Shown in pieces: positions 7,461 through 15,277 of a stretch of 19,779 bases of DNA. Both the position numbers and the translations under genes were made by a program. Numbering within the stretch: the first letter of the stretch is position 1; each line of letters opens with the position of its first letter. The DNA is taken from assembly GCA_049599895.1 (NCBI GenBank), contig JBMYPC010000051.1, positions 1-19,779 of the forward strand. Direction: 5' to 3'. Below the pieces are notes generated by a model. That model made no database searches. It was given only the letters and a program-made list of their open reading frames with translations, and was not told where the DNA came from. This DNA comes from Bacteriovoracaceae bacterium (GTDB taxonomy: Bacteria; Bdellovibrionota; Bacteriovoracia; Bacteriovoracales; Bacteriovoracaceae).

Positions 7461-9707
7461 GTGCAAAAGTATAGAGCTTTTTCTCTTTGTTCTGTTATTT
7501 TTCTCTTGTTTTCATCATCTTTATTTGCAAGTTCATTCAATGGTTCTAGGAAACAGGTCAGTGTTGTCGTAGATAAGTTGGAGAGTGTAAAAAAAGAATC
7601 GAAGCTTCATGTATTTTTGCTTCACGGAATTAAGGGCAACAAAGAAACCTTTGGTGATCTTCCTGCAATTCTTGAAGAGACTTATCAAAATAAGCTTAAA
7701 ACGAGTTACTTAACTTATCCAACAAATCCAAATAAAAAAACAGATGTAGTAGAGAAGAGTTTAAATGCCTCCAATTTTGCTCATGTGGTTTACACAAAGA
7801 TGATTAACTACTTCGTTGAAAATGGTTTTGATTCTTCTTCAAATTATTCATTTGTTTCTCACAGTCAAGGTGGAGTTGTTGCTCTTAAGTTTATTCAGTA
7901 CTGTGTAGAGAAAATGAAGTGTAACTATGAGAAAGGTCTTGAGTATATTAGAGCGGCACAGGAAGAAAGTGTAGAGGTTTATGAGAAAAACCTAGAGCAG
8001 AAAAAGAGTACAAAGTTAGCAGGAAAGCTTAAATTTGTGATGACTCTTGGGGCTCCTTTTTGGGGATCGCCTCTTGCCTCAAGAGTTTCTGATTTTCCAC
8101 TCTTTAAGTCTTTGTTTAAAAAACAGTTTCCTGAAAAGCAGCTAGAGTCTTTAGCATCAGGTTCACTTAATCTGACTCTTAATCGCAAATATCTTCTTGG
8201 AAATCTTTATCAAGATGAGCAGTGGAGCTCACCAATTAAAAGTGATGTGAGATTTTATAACTTAAGTGGTTATGTGAACTTGAAGGAAATTAAACCTCAA
8301 GGAATTATCCAGGCCATTGTAAAAGGCCTTTCCCTTGTCTTTTATAGAAAGACTTCCGAAACAGATATCGCTGTTGAGGTTTCTGATGCGAGAATTGACT
8401 TTCATTACTTCATTGAAAAAACAAACCCCGAAAATCAAGATCAGCTTGATATTTTTCAAGGAACGACTAATTTAAGTCAAAACTATACACCTCTTCAGCT
8501 ATCTCATATTCATATCCCTCTCTTTAAGCAGTCGGGGATTTTCAACCTTGTTGATATTGATTCAAAGAATAAAGATCAGTATTCATCATGGGCCTATATG
8601 AAAAGTATCTTCGATCAAGAGTTTGGAAATGAAGGCAAAGTCTTTAGTGAAGAAGAAATTGCAAAGGTTCGAACGTTTAAAGTTGAAGTTAAGACGGAGC
8701 TTCCCATAGGTTACCACCGAAAACTTCCTATTAAAAAATCGAGCTTTCAGTTAAAAGCAGCTCCTGGTTATGAAGATGAATTCCAATACCTAAGTGCGAC
8801 GAATACAATTTTTAATAAGTTTAGTGGTATGAACACTAAGCATGACGATCAAAAGGTCAAAAACTATCAGACATTTTATCATCAAGGAAAGCTTGTTAAA
8901 GGAAACCATATGCGAGCTTCTGAAATTACTCATAGCTCATCTGTGCCAAAGTATAAAATTGATTACACTTTAGATATTCCAGGATGGGAGAAAAAAGAAT
9001 TTAGGCTCAATGTTTCTCCAACGTTTTCAAGCTATGCTGAGCTTATTATGAAACCTTATCTACCGCTTAAAAAGCGTGAAAAGAACTTTTATCTCAATGA
9101 CTTCCAATCATACCTTGTTAACGTTCTTTACTATGATGGTAGAGATATGATTGTCACAACTATCGAAGATGCCATGGGTGAGAGACCTTATACGAAGCTT
9201 AAGTTTTATAGTTCTTTAAAAGAGTTAAAAGAAGAGCTTTCAAAGACAGAGGAAGATCTTGAGAAGAGGCTTGCAACGACTTGTTTTGAAGGAAAGATGG
9301 GGGCCATTGTCAAAGGAACTCATGAAAACAAAGCTTTTGAGCTTCCTACTTCTCAAAATGATGAAGAGACTTATTCTTTAGAAGAAGGTGAAAAAGTAAC
9401 AGTTTTAGGGCGAGTTTCAACAGGTAATGAAGGTTCACTTCCAGGTGTTCAGATGGAAGCTCCAACAGATCGCTATCTTGTCACTTCATTAAATATTAGA
9501 AAAAATGATCGCATTAACAACCTTGAAAAAGCTGAGCAAGGTAAAGGTCTAAGATGGGTCAATGTTAAAGATGTTGATATTATCAAGTCTGTACGATGTC
9601 AGATGAGAAGCAGCTATCAAAAAACTCATGGGCCTAAGTCCAAGACATTCAAATCTCGAAAACAAACGACAATCAAATCCCAGGAGTTTAAGCAATTCTA
9701 TAAGTAA
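7461..9707 (+). CDS. Secreted alpha/beta hydrolase (lipase/esterase-like) with a long C-terminal extension
   Basis: Signal peptide (…FLLFSSSLFA), VFLLHG oxyanion motif, nucleophile elbow FVSHSQGG, MTLGAPFWGS, candidate Asp (ETDIAV) and His (LSHIH); GTG start with a GAGG SD. Confidence 0.75.
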   Translation: MQKYRAFSLCSVIFLLFSSSLFASSFNGSRKQVSVVVDKLESVKKESKLHVFLLHGIKGNKETFGDLPAILEETYQNKLKTSYLTYPTNPNKKTDVVEKSLNASNFAHVVYTKMINYFVENGFDSSSNYSFVSHSQGGVVALKFIQYCVEKMKCNYEKGLEYIRAAQEESVEVYEKNLEQKKSTKLAGKLKFVMTLGAPFWGSPLASRVSDFPLFKSLFKKQFPEKQLESLASGSLNLTLNRKYLLGNLYQDEQWSSPIKSDVRFYNLSGYVNLKEIKPQGIIQAIVKGLSLVFYRKTSETDIAVEVSDARIDFHYFIEKTNPENQDQLDIFQGTTNLSQNYTPLQLSHIHIPLFKQSGIFNLVDIDSKNKDQYSSWAYMKSIFDQEFGNEGKVFSEEEIAKVRTFKVEVKTELPIGYHRKLPIKKSSFQLKAAPGYEDEFQYLSATNTIFNKFSGMNTKHDDQKVKNYQTFYHQGKLVKGNHMRASEITHSSSVPKYKIDYTLDIPGWEKKEFRLNVSPTFSSYAELIMKPYLPLKKREKNFYLNDFQSYLVNVLYYDGRDMIVTTIEDAMGERPYTKLKFYSSLKELKEELSKTEEDLEKRLATTCFEGKMGAIVKGTHENKAFELPTSQNDEETYSLEEGEKVTVLGRVSTGNEGSLPGVQMEAPTDRYLVTSLNIRKNDRINNLEKAEQGKGLRWVNVKDVDIIKSVRCQMRSSYQKTHGPKSKTFKSRKQTTIKSQEFKQFYK

Positions 9708-9717
9708 CGATTAATTT

Positions 9718-9745
9718 TAAGGGAGCTGACTGATCAGCTCCCTTA
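9718..9745 (+). terminator. Strong hairpin after the hydrolase gene (probable terminator, possibly bidirectional)
   Basis: TAAGGGAGCTGA-CTGA-TCAGCTCCCTTA, a perfect 12-bp stem about 10 bp after the stop codon. Confidence 0.75.
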
Positions 9746-9784
9746 TAATCCCTTCATAAGACATTTCAATTGCTGTGACAGTCT

Positions 9785-9807
9785 AAAAAATGCCCTCGGA
9801 AGAGGGC
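9785..9807 (-). terminator. Intrinsic terminator of the candidate sRNA
   Basis: The minus strand reads GCCCTC-TTCC-GAGGGC-A-TTTTTT. Confidence 0.75.
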
Positions 9808-9955
9808 CTCTTACATCGACTTAACTTGAAGGTAGGGTTTTATGGTGAGATTGGTGAGACGATCATTCGAGCGCCGTTAATGAGGTTGGCCAAGGTGGGA
9901 CGTTTACGGACAAGATTTAAAGCGATGCCGAGGCCTTATGCTTGCCAACCAGTTG
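9785..9955 (-). ncRNA. Candidate sigma54-dependent small RNA (~170 nt)
   Basis: Bounded by a consensus sigma54 promoter and an intrinsic terminator; no credible ORF; more GC-rich than neighbouring intergenic DNA; internal stems GGTTGGCAAG/CTT(G)GCCAACC and TCATT/AATGA. Confidence 0.65.
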
Positions 9956-9964
9956 CCTGTATAT

Positions 9965-9982
9965 AAGCAATACATGTGCCAA
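9965..9982 (-). promoter_or_regulatory. Sigma54 (RpoN) -24/-12 promoter
   Basis: The minus strand reads TTGGCAC-ATGTA-TTGCTT, matching TGGCAC-N5-TTGCW exactly. Confidence 0.8.
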
Positions 9983-10007
9983 AGTTTTTGACATGCTTGA
10001 GTCGAAA

Positions 10008-10020
10008 AATCAGATACTTA
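10008..10020. promoter_or_regulatory. IHF binding site between the enhancer-like sites and the sigma54 promoter
   Basis: AATCAGATACTTA fits WATCARNNNNTTR; located at about -53 to -65. Confidence 0.6.
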
Positions 10021-10040
10021 GGAATGGCCGTTTTGATTCC

Positions 10041-10080
10041 GGTTCACTTTGAGACCATCAGAGTGTTCTCAAAAAGGGAC
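10041..10080. promoter_or_regulatory. Putative enhancer (bEBP UAS): tandem imperfect palindromes
   Basis: GGTTCACTTTGAGAC (10041-10055) and TTCTCAAAAAGGGAC (10066-10080) both approximate GTCTCA-N3-TGAGAC; centred at about -93 and -118. Confidence 0.5.
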
Positions 10081-10102
10081 TAGGTGTAAGTTTTCAGGGT
10101 GT

Positions 10103-10711
10103 TTATTCGATATCGACGTTAATTGTGACGCCTTTGATGCGCTCTTTCTCTTTTGGGATAAATTCGAATTCGATAGGGCTTAGGCCATCGAATTGCTGGT
10201 CATAAGCAATTGTGACGGTGTTTGGGCATAAGTCCTGAAGACTTGTGAGAAAGTAGTTTGGTGGCAGAGTTTCGGCTATAGTATCAGCTTCTTCATCTGA
10301 CTCATCGAGTTCCATCATAGGTCTACTATTTGTATTTTTCACAATAATAGCACCTTTGATTTTTTCTTTTGGGATCTCATTGGTTTGGTTCCAAGAGCCA
10401 ATATGGAAGAAATCAAGGTAGAAGATCGAGTTGTGATATTTTACTTTTCTTGGCAAGAGCAGTGACTGGATAAACCTTCGCGTGCTTTGGTCTTTTGAGC
10501 GCTTGGCAAGCTTGTCAGCCAGAGAACTGTCTTCAATTCTAATAATATAAGCGCCTTTGTTTTTTGTGCTGCGGTATAGCATGTACTGGAAAGCGACTGA
10601 GAAAAGGGTAAAAAGCTTTTGTTGGGGTAAGAGAAAGTGACCCACATTCTCGGACTCCTCAACCAGCTTTTTAACGCCCTGATAGAGGTGTTCTTTTGGC
10701 ATGTCACGCAT
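10103..10711 (-). CDS. Hypothetical protein (~202 aa)
   Basis: Long ORF; start re-called at ATG 10711 behind a GGAGA SD; has its own sigma70-like promoter; no family recognised. Confidence 0.7.
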   Translation of the reverse strand: MRDMPKEHLYQGVKKLVEESENVGHFLLPQQKLFTLFSVAFQYMLYRSTKNKGAYIIRIEDSSLADKLAKRSKDQSTRRFIQSLLLPRKVKYHNSIFYLDFFHIGSWNQTNEIPKEKIKGAIIVKNTNSRPMMELDESDEEADTIAETLPPNYFLTSLQDLCPNTVTIAYDQQFDGLSPIEFEFIPKEKERIKGVTINVDIE

Positions 10712-10760
10712 TGTTCGAAAATCTCCAAAACGACAAATAAAATAAATTAACCGAGGCAAA

Positions 10761-10789
10761 AAATTAAGAATTTGAACTCATCTTGTCAA
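10761..10789 (-). promoter_or_regulatory. Putative sigma70 promoter for the 10103-10711 gene
   Basis: Minus strand TTGACA, 17-nt spacer, TAATTT. Confidence 0.55.
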
Positions 10790-10856
10790 TATTAAACTTT
10801 GATAAGCTTCTGCGTCGTGAAATTAAAAAAAGCTTTAAGAGGAGGCGTTTATAATG

Positions 10857-10886
10857 TTGACGACGATAGAGGGATTCCTTTACTAT
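10857..10886 (+). promoter_or_regulatory. Putative sigma70 promoter of fusA
   Basis: TTGACG, 18-nt spacer, TACTAT, about 40 bp upstream of the start. Confidence 0.55.
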
Positions 10887-10925
10887 CCGGAGAGTTAGCA
10901 TTCATTGAAAAAGTTGGAGAAGACC

Positions 10926-13085
10926 ATGTCTAAACTTATGGCAAAGACGCGAAATATTGGTATTTCGGCGCACATCGATTCTGGGAAAACAACCCTTACT
11001 GAAAGAATTCTTTATTACTGTGACATGATCCACAAGATCGAAGACGTTCGTGGTGGTGGTGATGGTGCAAAGATGGACCATATGGAGCTTGAAAAAGAAA
11101 AAGGGATTACGATTACATCAGCAGCAACGACTGTTCATTGGAAAGGTATCGAAGGGAACGGGACGACTTTTGCTGAAGGTGTCGATAAAGATACAAGAGT
11201 TAATATTATCGATACTCCTGGTCACGTTGACTTCACCGTTGAAGTTGAAAGATCACTTAGAGTTCTTGATGGAGCGATCCTCGTTCTTTGTTCGGTTTCA
11301 GGTGTTCAGTCACAGTCAATCACTGTTGACCGTCAGATGAAGCGTTATAAAGTTCCAAGAATGTGTTTCATTAACAAAATGGATAGAATGGGGGCCAACC
11401 CACACAATGGTGTTGCTGCTCTTAGAGAAAAACTAGGTCACAATGCGGTTCTTATGCAACTTCCAATCGGAGCAGAAGAAAACTTTAAAGGTGTTGTTGA
11501 TCTTAATACAAGAAAAGCCTTCTTCTTTGATGGTGATAACGGTGAAAACGTTAGAATTGAAGACTGTCCTGCTGACATGGTAGACGAAGTTGAAGAAGCA
11601 AGAGCCGCTATGCTCGACGTGATCTCTGAATATGATGATGCGATCATGGAAAAATACCTAGAAGGTGAAGAGCTTACTGAAGAAGAAATTCATAAGTGTA
11701 TTAAAGCGGGTGTTCAATCACTTCAATTAACTCCTGTTTTCATGGGATCAGCTTTTAAGAATAAAGGTGTTCAACCTCTTCTTGAAGCCGTGACAAGATA
11801 TCTTCCTTCTCCACTTGAGAGTGCTAAGCCTACAGCTGTTAATGACGATACTGGTGAAAGACTTGAAATCGATCCAAACCCAGCTGATGATGTTCTTGCG
11901 ATGGCCTTCAAAATTACTGATGAGCAATTTGGACAGCTAAGTTATACAAGAATTTATAGAGGAACTCTTAAAAAAGGTGAGACCTATTATAACACCAGAA
12001 CGAAGAAGAAGACTCGTTTTGGACGTATGGTTCGAATGAACTCTAACGACAGAGAGAATATCGAAGAAGCCCACGCTGGAGATATTATCGCTGTTGTTGG
12101 TATCGACTGTGCTTCAGGTGATACTTTTGTTGGAAGCGATGACAATATGAACCTTTCTTGTGAGGGGATGCACGTTCCAATTCCAGTTATTGAATTCTCT
12201 ATTAAAGTTAAAGATAAAGGTGATCAGGCGAAACTTTCTAAAGGTCTGCAGAGATTTAGAAAAGAAGACCCGACATTCCACGTTTTTACAGATGAAGAGT
12301 CTGGTGAAACTCGTATCGCTGGTATGGGTGAACTTCACCTTGAGATCTATGTTGAAAGACTTAAGCGTGAGTACAAATGTGAAGTTGAAGTTGGTGCACC
12401 TCAAGTTAACTACAGAGAAACAATTAAAACTGAAGCTAAGTTTGATTACACTCATAAGAAGCAAACTGGTGGTTCTGGTCAATTTGGTCAGGTTGTTGGT
12501 GTGCTTAGGCCTCTTAGCGAAGACAATAAAGAAACCGAAGATCAAAACTTTAAATTTCATAACGAAATTAAAGGGGGATCAATTCCAAGTGAATTTATTG
12601 GAGCTTGTGAGAAAGGTTTTGGGGACGTTATGGATCAAGGTCCACTTGCAGCTTTCCCACTTATCGATTGTGAGGTTTTCCTTCAAGACGGTAAACATCA
12701 CGATGTTGACTCGTCTGATATGGCCTTTAGAATTGCTGCTCGTCAGGCGATGAGACAAGCGGTTAAAAAAGCAGATCCAGCTCTTCTTGAGCCGGTGATG
12801 AAAGTTGAAGTGACGACTCCAGATGAGTACCAAGGTTCTGTTATTGGAGATCTTTCTTCAAGAAGAGGGATGATTCAAGGTTCAGAAACTGATCCAACAG
12901 GTGAAGTTATCATTAACGCTGAAGTTCCACTTGCGGAGATGTTTGGTTATTCATCTGATCTTCGTTCAATGTCTGCTGGTAAAGCAACATACACGATGGA
13001 ATTTGCAAGATACCTTGAGTGTCCAAGCAATATTTCTGAAGCAGTTATGAAAGAGCGAGCTGAGAAGCTTGCTTCTGATGACTAA
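10926..13085 (+). CDS. fusA: Elongation factor G (spdEFG1/mtEFG1-like, outside the str operon)
   Basis: RNIGISAHIDSGKTT, GITITSAAT, IIDTPGHVDF, INKMD, GMGELHL, KKQTGGSGQF, HDVDSS and LLEPVM motifs. Start re-called at ATG 10926 behind a GGAGA SD. Confidence 0.97.
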   Translation: MSKLMAKTRNIGISAHIDSGKTTLTERILYYCDMIHKIEDVRGGGDGAKMDHMELEKEKGITITSAATTVHWKGIEGNGTTFAEGVDKDTRVNIIDTPGHVDFTVEVERSLRVLDGAILVLCSVSGVQSQSITVDRQMKRYKVPRMCFINKMDRMGANPHNGVAALREKLGHNAVLMQLPIGAEENFKGVVDLNTRKAFFFDGDNGENVRIEDCPADMVDEVEEARAAMLDVISEYDDAIMEKYLEGEELTEEEIHKCIKAGVQSLQLTPVFMGSAFKNKGVQPLLEAVTRYLPSPLESAKPTAVNDDTGERLEIDPNPADDVLAMAFKITDEQFGQLSYTRIYRGTLKKGETYYNTRTKKKTRFGRMVRMNSNDRENIEEAHAGDIIAVVGIDCASGDTFVGSDDNMNLSCEGMHVPIPVIEFSIKVKDKGDQAKLSKGLQRFRKEDPTFHVFTDEESGETRIAGMGELHLEIYVERLKREYKCEVEVGAPQVNYRETIKTEAKFDYTHKKQTGGSGQFGQVVGVLRPLSEDNKETEDQNFKFHNEIKGGSIPSEFIGACEKGFGDVMDQGPLAAFPLIDCEVFLQDGKHHDVDSSDMAFRIAARQAMRQAVKKADPALLEPVMKVEVTTPDEYQGSVIGDLSSRRGMIQGSETDPTGEVIINAEVPLAEMFGYSSDLRSMSAGKATYTMEFARYLECPSNISEAVMKERAEKLASDD

Positions 13086-13100
13086 GAACTTGGTCTTAGA

Positions 13101-13820
13101 ATGACCGAAAGTCCTAGCACTAGGCAGTCAAAAGATTTAAATCAAAAGAGACTCGATGCCGCCCTTCAATCGAAGGGCGCATCTGGGGACTCTATTCACA
13201 ACGCAGTTCTCGATTCCGTTTCAAAGCTTTATCAAAACAACTCAGATCTTTCACTTCTTGATATGGGATGTGGTTCAGGAAAACTTCTTCAAAGTATGGG
13301 AAAAAGATTCTCTGGACTTAAGCTGTTTGGTGCAGACCTTGTGGATTACAACGAGAATGAAAAAAACTACGAGTTTCTAGGACTTGATTTCAATGATGAA
13401 GAGGCTTTAAAAGAAGTCATCGCCAATAATCAATTTGATGTTGTGACCAGTGTGGAAGTTATTGAGCATTTAGAAAATCCAAGGCAATACATGCGGCTTC
13501 TTTCAAGTTTTTTAAAGCCTGGTGGAACTCTGATCGTGACCACTCCCAATCCAGAGTCCTATACTTCGATCCTTTCCTTTTTTATGAGAGGGTATCATAG
13601 TGCTTTCGGCCCAAAAGATTATCCGGCCCATATTACAGTGGTTTCAAGTTATGAAATGAACAATATGGTCTCTGAGATAGATGGGATCAATGTGCAGGGG
13701 ACTTACTTCATTCCTAACGGAAGAATTCCAAAACTATCATTCAAATGGCATTCTCTCTTTCCATTTCTGAGAGGGAAGAGGTTTAGTGATAACTACCTTG
13801 CTCTTATTCAAAAGAGCTAA
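13101..13820 (+). CDS. Class I SAM-dependent methyltransferase
   Basis: LLDMGCGSG (motif I), FGADL, FDVVTSVEVIEHL and LKPGGTLIVTTPN. Confidence 0.88.
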   Translation: MTESPSTRQSKDLNQKRLDAALQSKGASGDSIHNAVLDSVSKLYQNNSDLSLLDMGCGSGKLLQSMGKRFSGLKLFGADLVDYNENEKNYEFLGLDFNDEEALKEVIANNQFDVVTSVEVIEHLENPRQYMRLLSSFLKPGGTLIVTTPNPESYTSILSFFMRGYHSAFGPKDYPAHITVVSSYEMNNMVSEIDGINVQGTYFIPNGRIPKLSFKWHSLFPFLRGKRFSDNYLALIQKS

Positions 13821-13833
13821 ACCTTCTCAGCTC

Positions 13834-13850
13834 CTGTTAGAATTCTAACG
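13834..13850. promoter_or_regulatory. Palindromic operator-like motif, copy 2
   Basis: CTGTTAGAATTCTAACG with a perfect 14-bp palindromic core GTTAGAATTCTAAC; ends 90 bp before the 13940 start. Confidence 0.55.
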
Positions 13851-13939
13851 TCTTTGTAGATATTTCAATAACCGTATTTTTTCACAAAATTGGACTATAT
13901 AGTGAACAATATTAGAACCTTGTTTAAGAGCTTTATTTT

Positions 13940-15265
13940 ATGATTAACAAAATCATCTGTAGTCTATTTTTCTTTTTATTCCTTATCAATTCGTCTCTCG
14001 CTGATGTTTTTCAAATGGCCCCTTATAATGGCTTTGAGAATCTTCCATCGGAAGACCCTCGGTCACAAAGAATACTTAAGGCCTATCAAGAGTTTCAAAG
14101 AATCAGTAAGTATGGAGCCGATCAAATATCTCCTGCTCAGACTTCTGATTTTGTAAGGTTTGATCAAATTGACAACAGTTCTTATTACAAGGCTTACCAA
14201 GCCTTTCAAAATGGCGAAGTGATTGCCCTTGCCAGTGGCTATGGAAGTGCAACACGACTTGGAAATCCGAAGGGTGGAAAAGGAGCCGTTAAGATCGCTA
14301 ATGAGATTCATTTTCTTGATGCTAATATTATCCGACTTGCGATTGATTCTCAATTTGTGGGAAGACCTATCAAGCTTGCCTATCTTTTGAATGAAGATAA
14401 TGTCGCCATTACACAACAGCTTCTTCGAACAATGGACGAGAGGATGCAGCGAAATCCTCACCTTACTCCTGCGATAAAAAGAGCGGTCTCTGATTATCTT
14501 AAGACTAAGCCAGTTCAAATTATTGCAAAATCAATTCAGACTCCCGTTATTAATGAGAAGGGACAACTCGACGAGAGAATGTTTCGAAATGTAGGCGCTC
14601 TTGAGATTGTTGAAACACTCTTTAGTTCAGGAGCTGGAGAGTTAAGTGGCTATACGGAAAACTCAAAGGTTATCTTCTATAATATTGATAACGATGTTCG
14701 CTTTTTTGATGCAGTCGCTGCGAGTTATCAAGCAGGTTCTCCTGATCTTCTTCAGGTCCATGTTCCAACCCAGGGAACTGGTGGTTCAGCTTATCGGTTC
14801 CGACTTCCTGATGGAAGCTATAAACTTATGCCCCTTGAGGAGATTGAAGTTGAAGAAGAGATTCTTAAAAAAATTATGTCGTTAAATTCCAATACCGTTG
14901 TTCTTCAAGGAAATGCATTAGATCCAAAAACGATTGCTGATCTTCCTATTCCATTTGAGAAAAAATTCTACGAAGGACTTGGAACACTTTATCTACCAAA
15001 ACTTTCCCTTTCCGATGGTGGGAAGCATCCTAGTGTGAGTGTTGGTCTTGCGATGGGAAGTGTAAAAGACTGGTTATTTGAAGGCTCAAAAAACCTTGAA
15101 CTTCTTGATGCTCAAGGTTTGGGTGAGATTGAAAGAAGAATCAATATTTGGAATAGAAGGGCTTCGACCCCTGTTGAAAACTATATTGTGAACCAGGCAA
15201 GACCTCGGACCTCTATGTGGGTGACGGAGTTTTGTTTAGGGGAGCTTGCGAGAGCTATTCGGTAG
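13940..15265 (+). CDS. Signal-peptide protein with a divergent UDP-sugar pyrophosphorylase (UDPGP/UAP-like) fold
   Basis: Sec signal (…FFFLFLINSSLA-DV). IALASGYGSATRLGNPKGGKG resembles the LAGG-x-GTRLG…PKG nucleotide-binding loop, and IFYNIDN resembles the N(V/I)DN motif. Confidence 0.6.
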   Translation: MINKIICSLFFFLFLINSSLADVFQMAPYNGFENLPSEDPRSQRILKAYQEFQRISKYGADQISPAQTSDFVRFDQIDNSSYYKAYQAFQNGEVIALASGYGSATRLGNPKGGKGAVKIANEIHFLDANIIRLAIDSQFVGRPIKLAYLLNEDNVAITQQLLRTMDERMQRNPHLTPAIKRAVSDYLKTKPVQIIAKSIQTPVINEKGQLDERMFRNVGALEIVETLFSSGAGELSGYTENSKVIFYNIDNDVRFFDAVAASYQAGSPDLLQVHVPTQGTGGSAYRFRLPDGSYKLMPLEEIEVEEEILKKIMSLNSNTVVLQGNALDPKTIADLPIPFEKKFYEGLGTLYLPKLSLSDGGKHPSVSVGLAMGSVKDWLFEGSKNLELLDAQGLGEIERRINIWNRRASTPVENYIVNQARPRTSMWVTEFCLGELARAIR

Positions 15266-15277
15266 TTTGTTTTTCGG

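Noticed and set aside
9842..9880. Plus-strand mini-ORF MVRLVRRSFERR with an AAGG upstream (type I toxin idea)
   Set aside because: It is not hydrophobic, no plus-strand promoter is evident, and it lies downstream of the hydrolase terminator; the promoter and U-tract polarity favour the minus strand.
9860..9940. SAH riboswitch, 6S RNA or CsrB-like identity for the candidate sRNA
   Set aside because: AACGGCGCTC is present but its GAGCG partner is not; the two ends do not pair into a 6S-like rod; the sense strand lacks repeated GGA motifs.
9952..9969. GTTGCCTG and GTATATAAGCA shared with the 17958-18003 region
   Set aside because: Matches of 8-11 nt are expected by chance in 20 kb, and the spacing differs between the two sites.
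11050..12833. Several alternative-frame and antisense ORFs inside fusA (including the 197-aa ORF at 12160-12753)
   Set aside because: These are shadow ORFs of a codon-biased gene, with no motifs.
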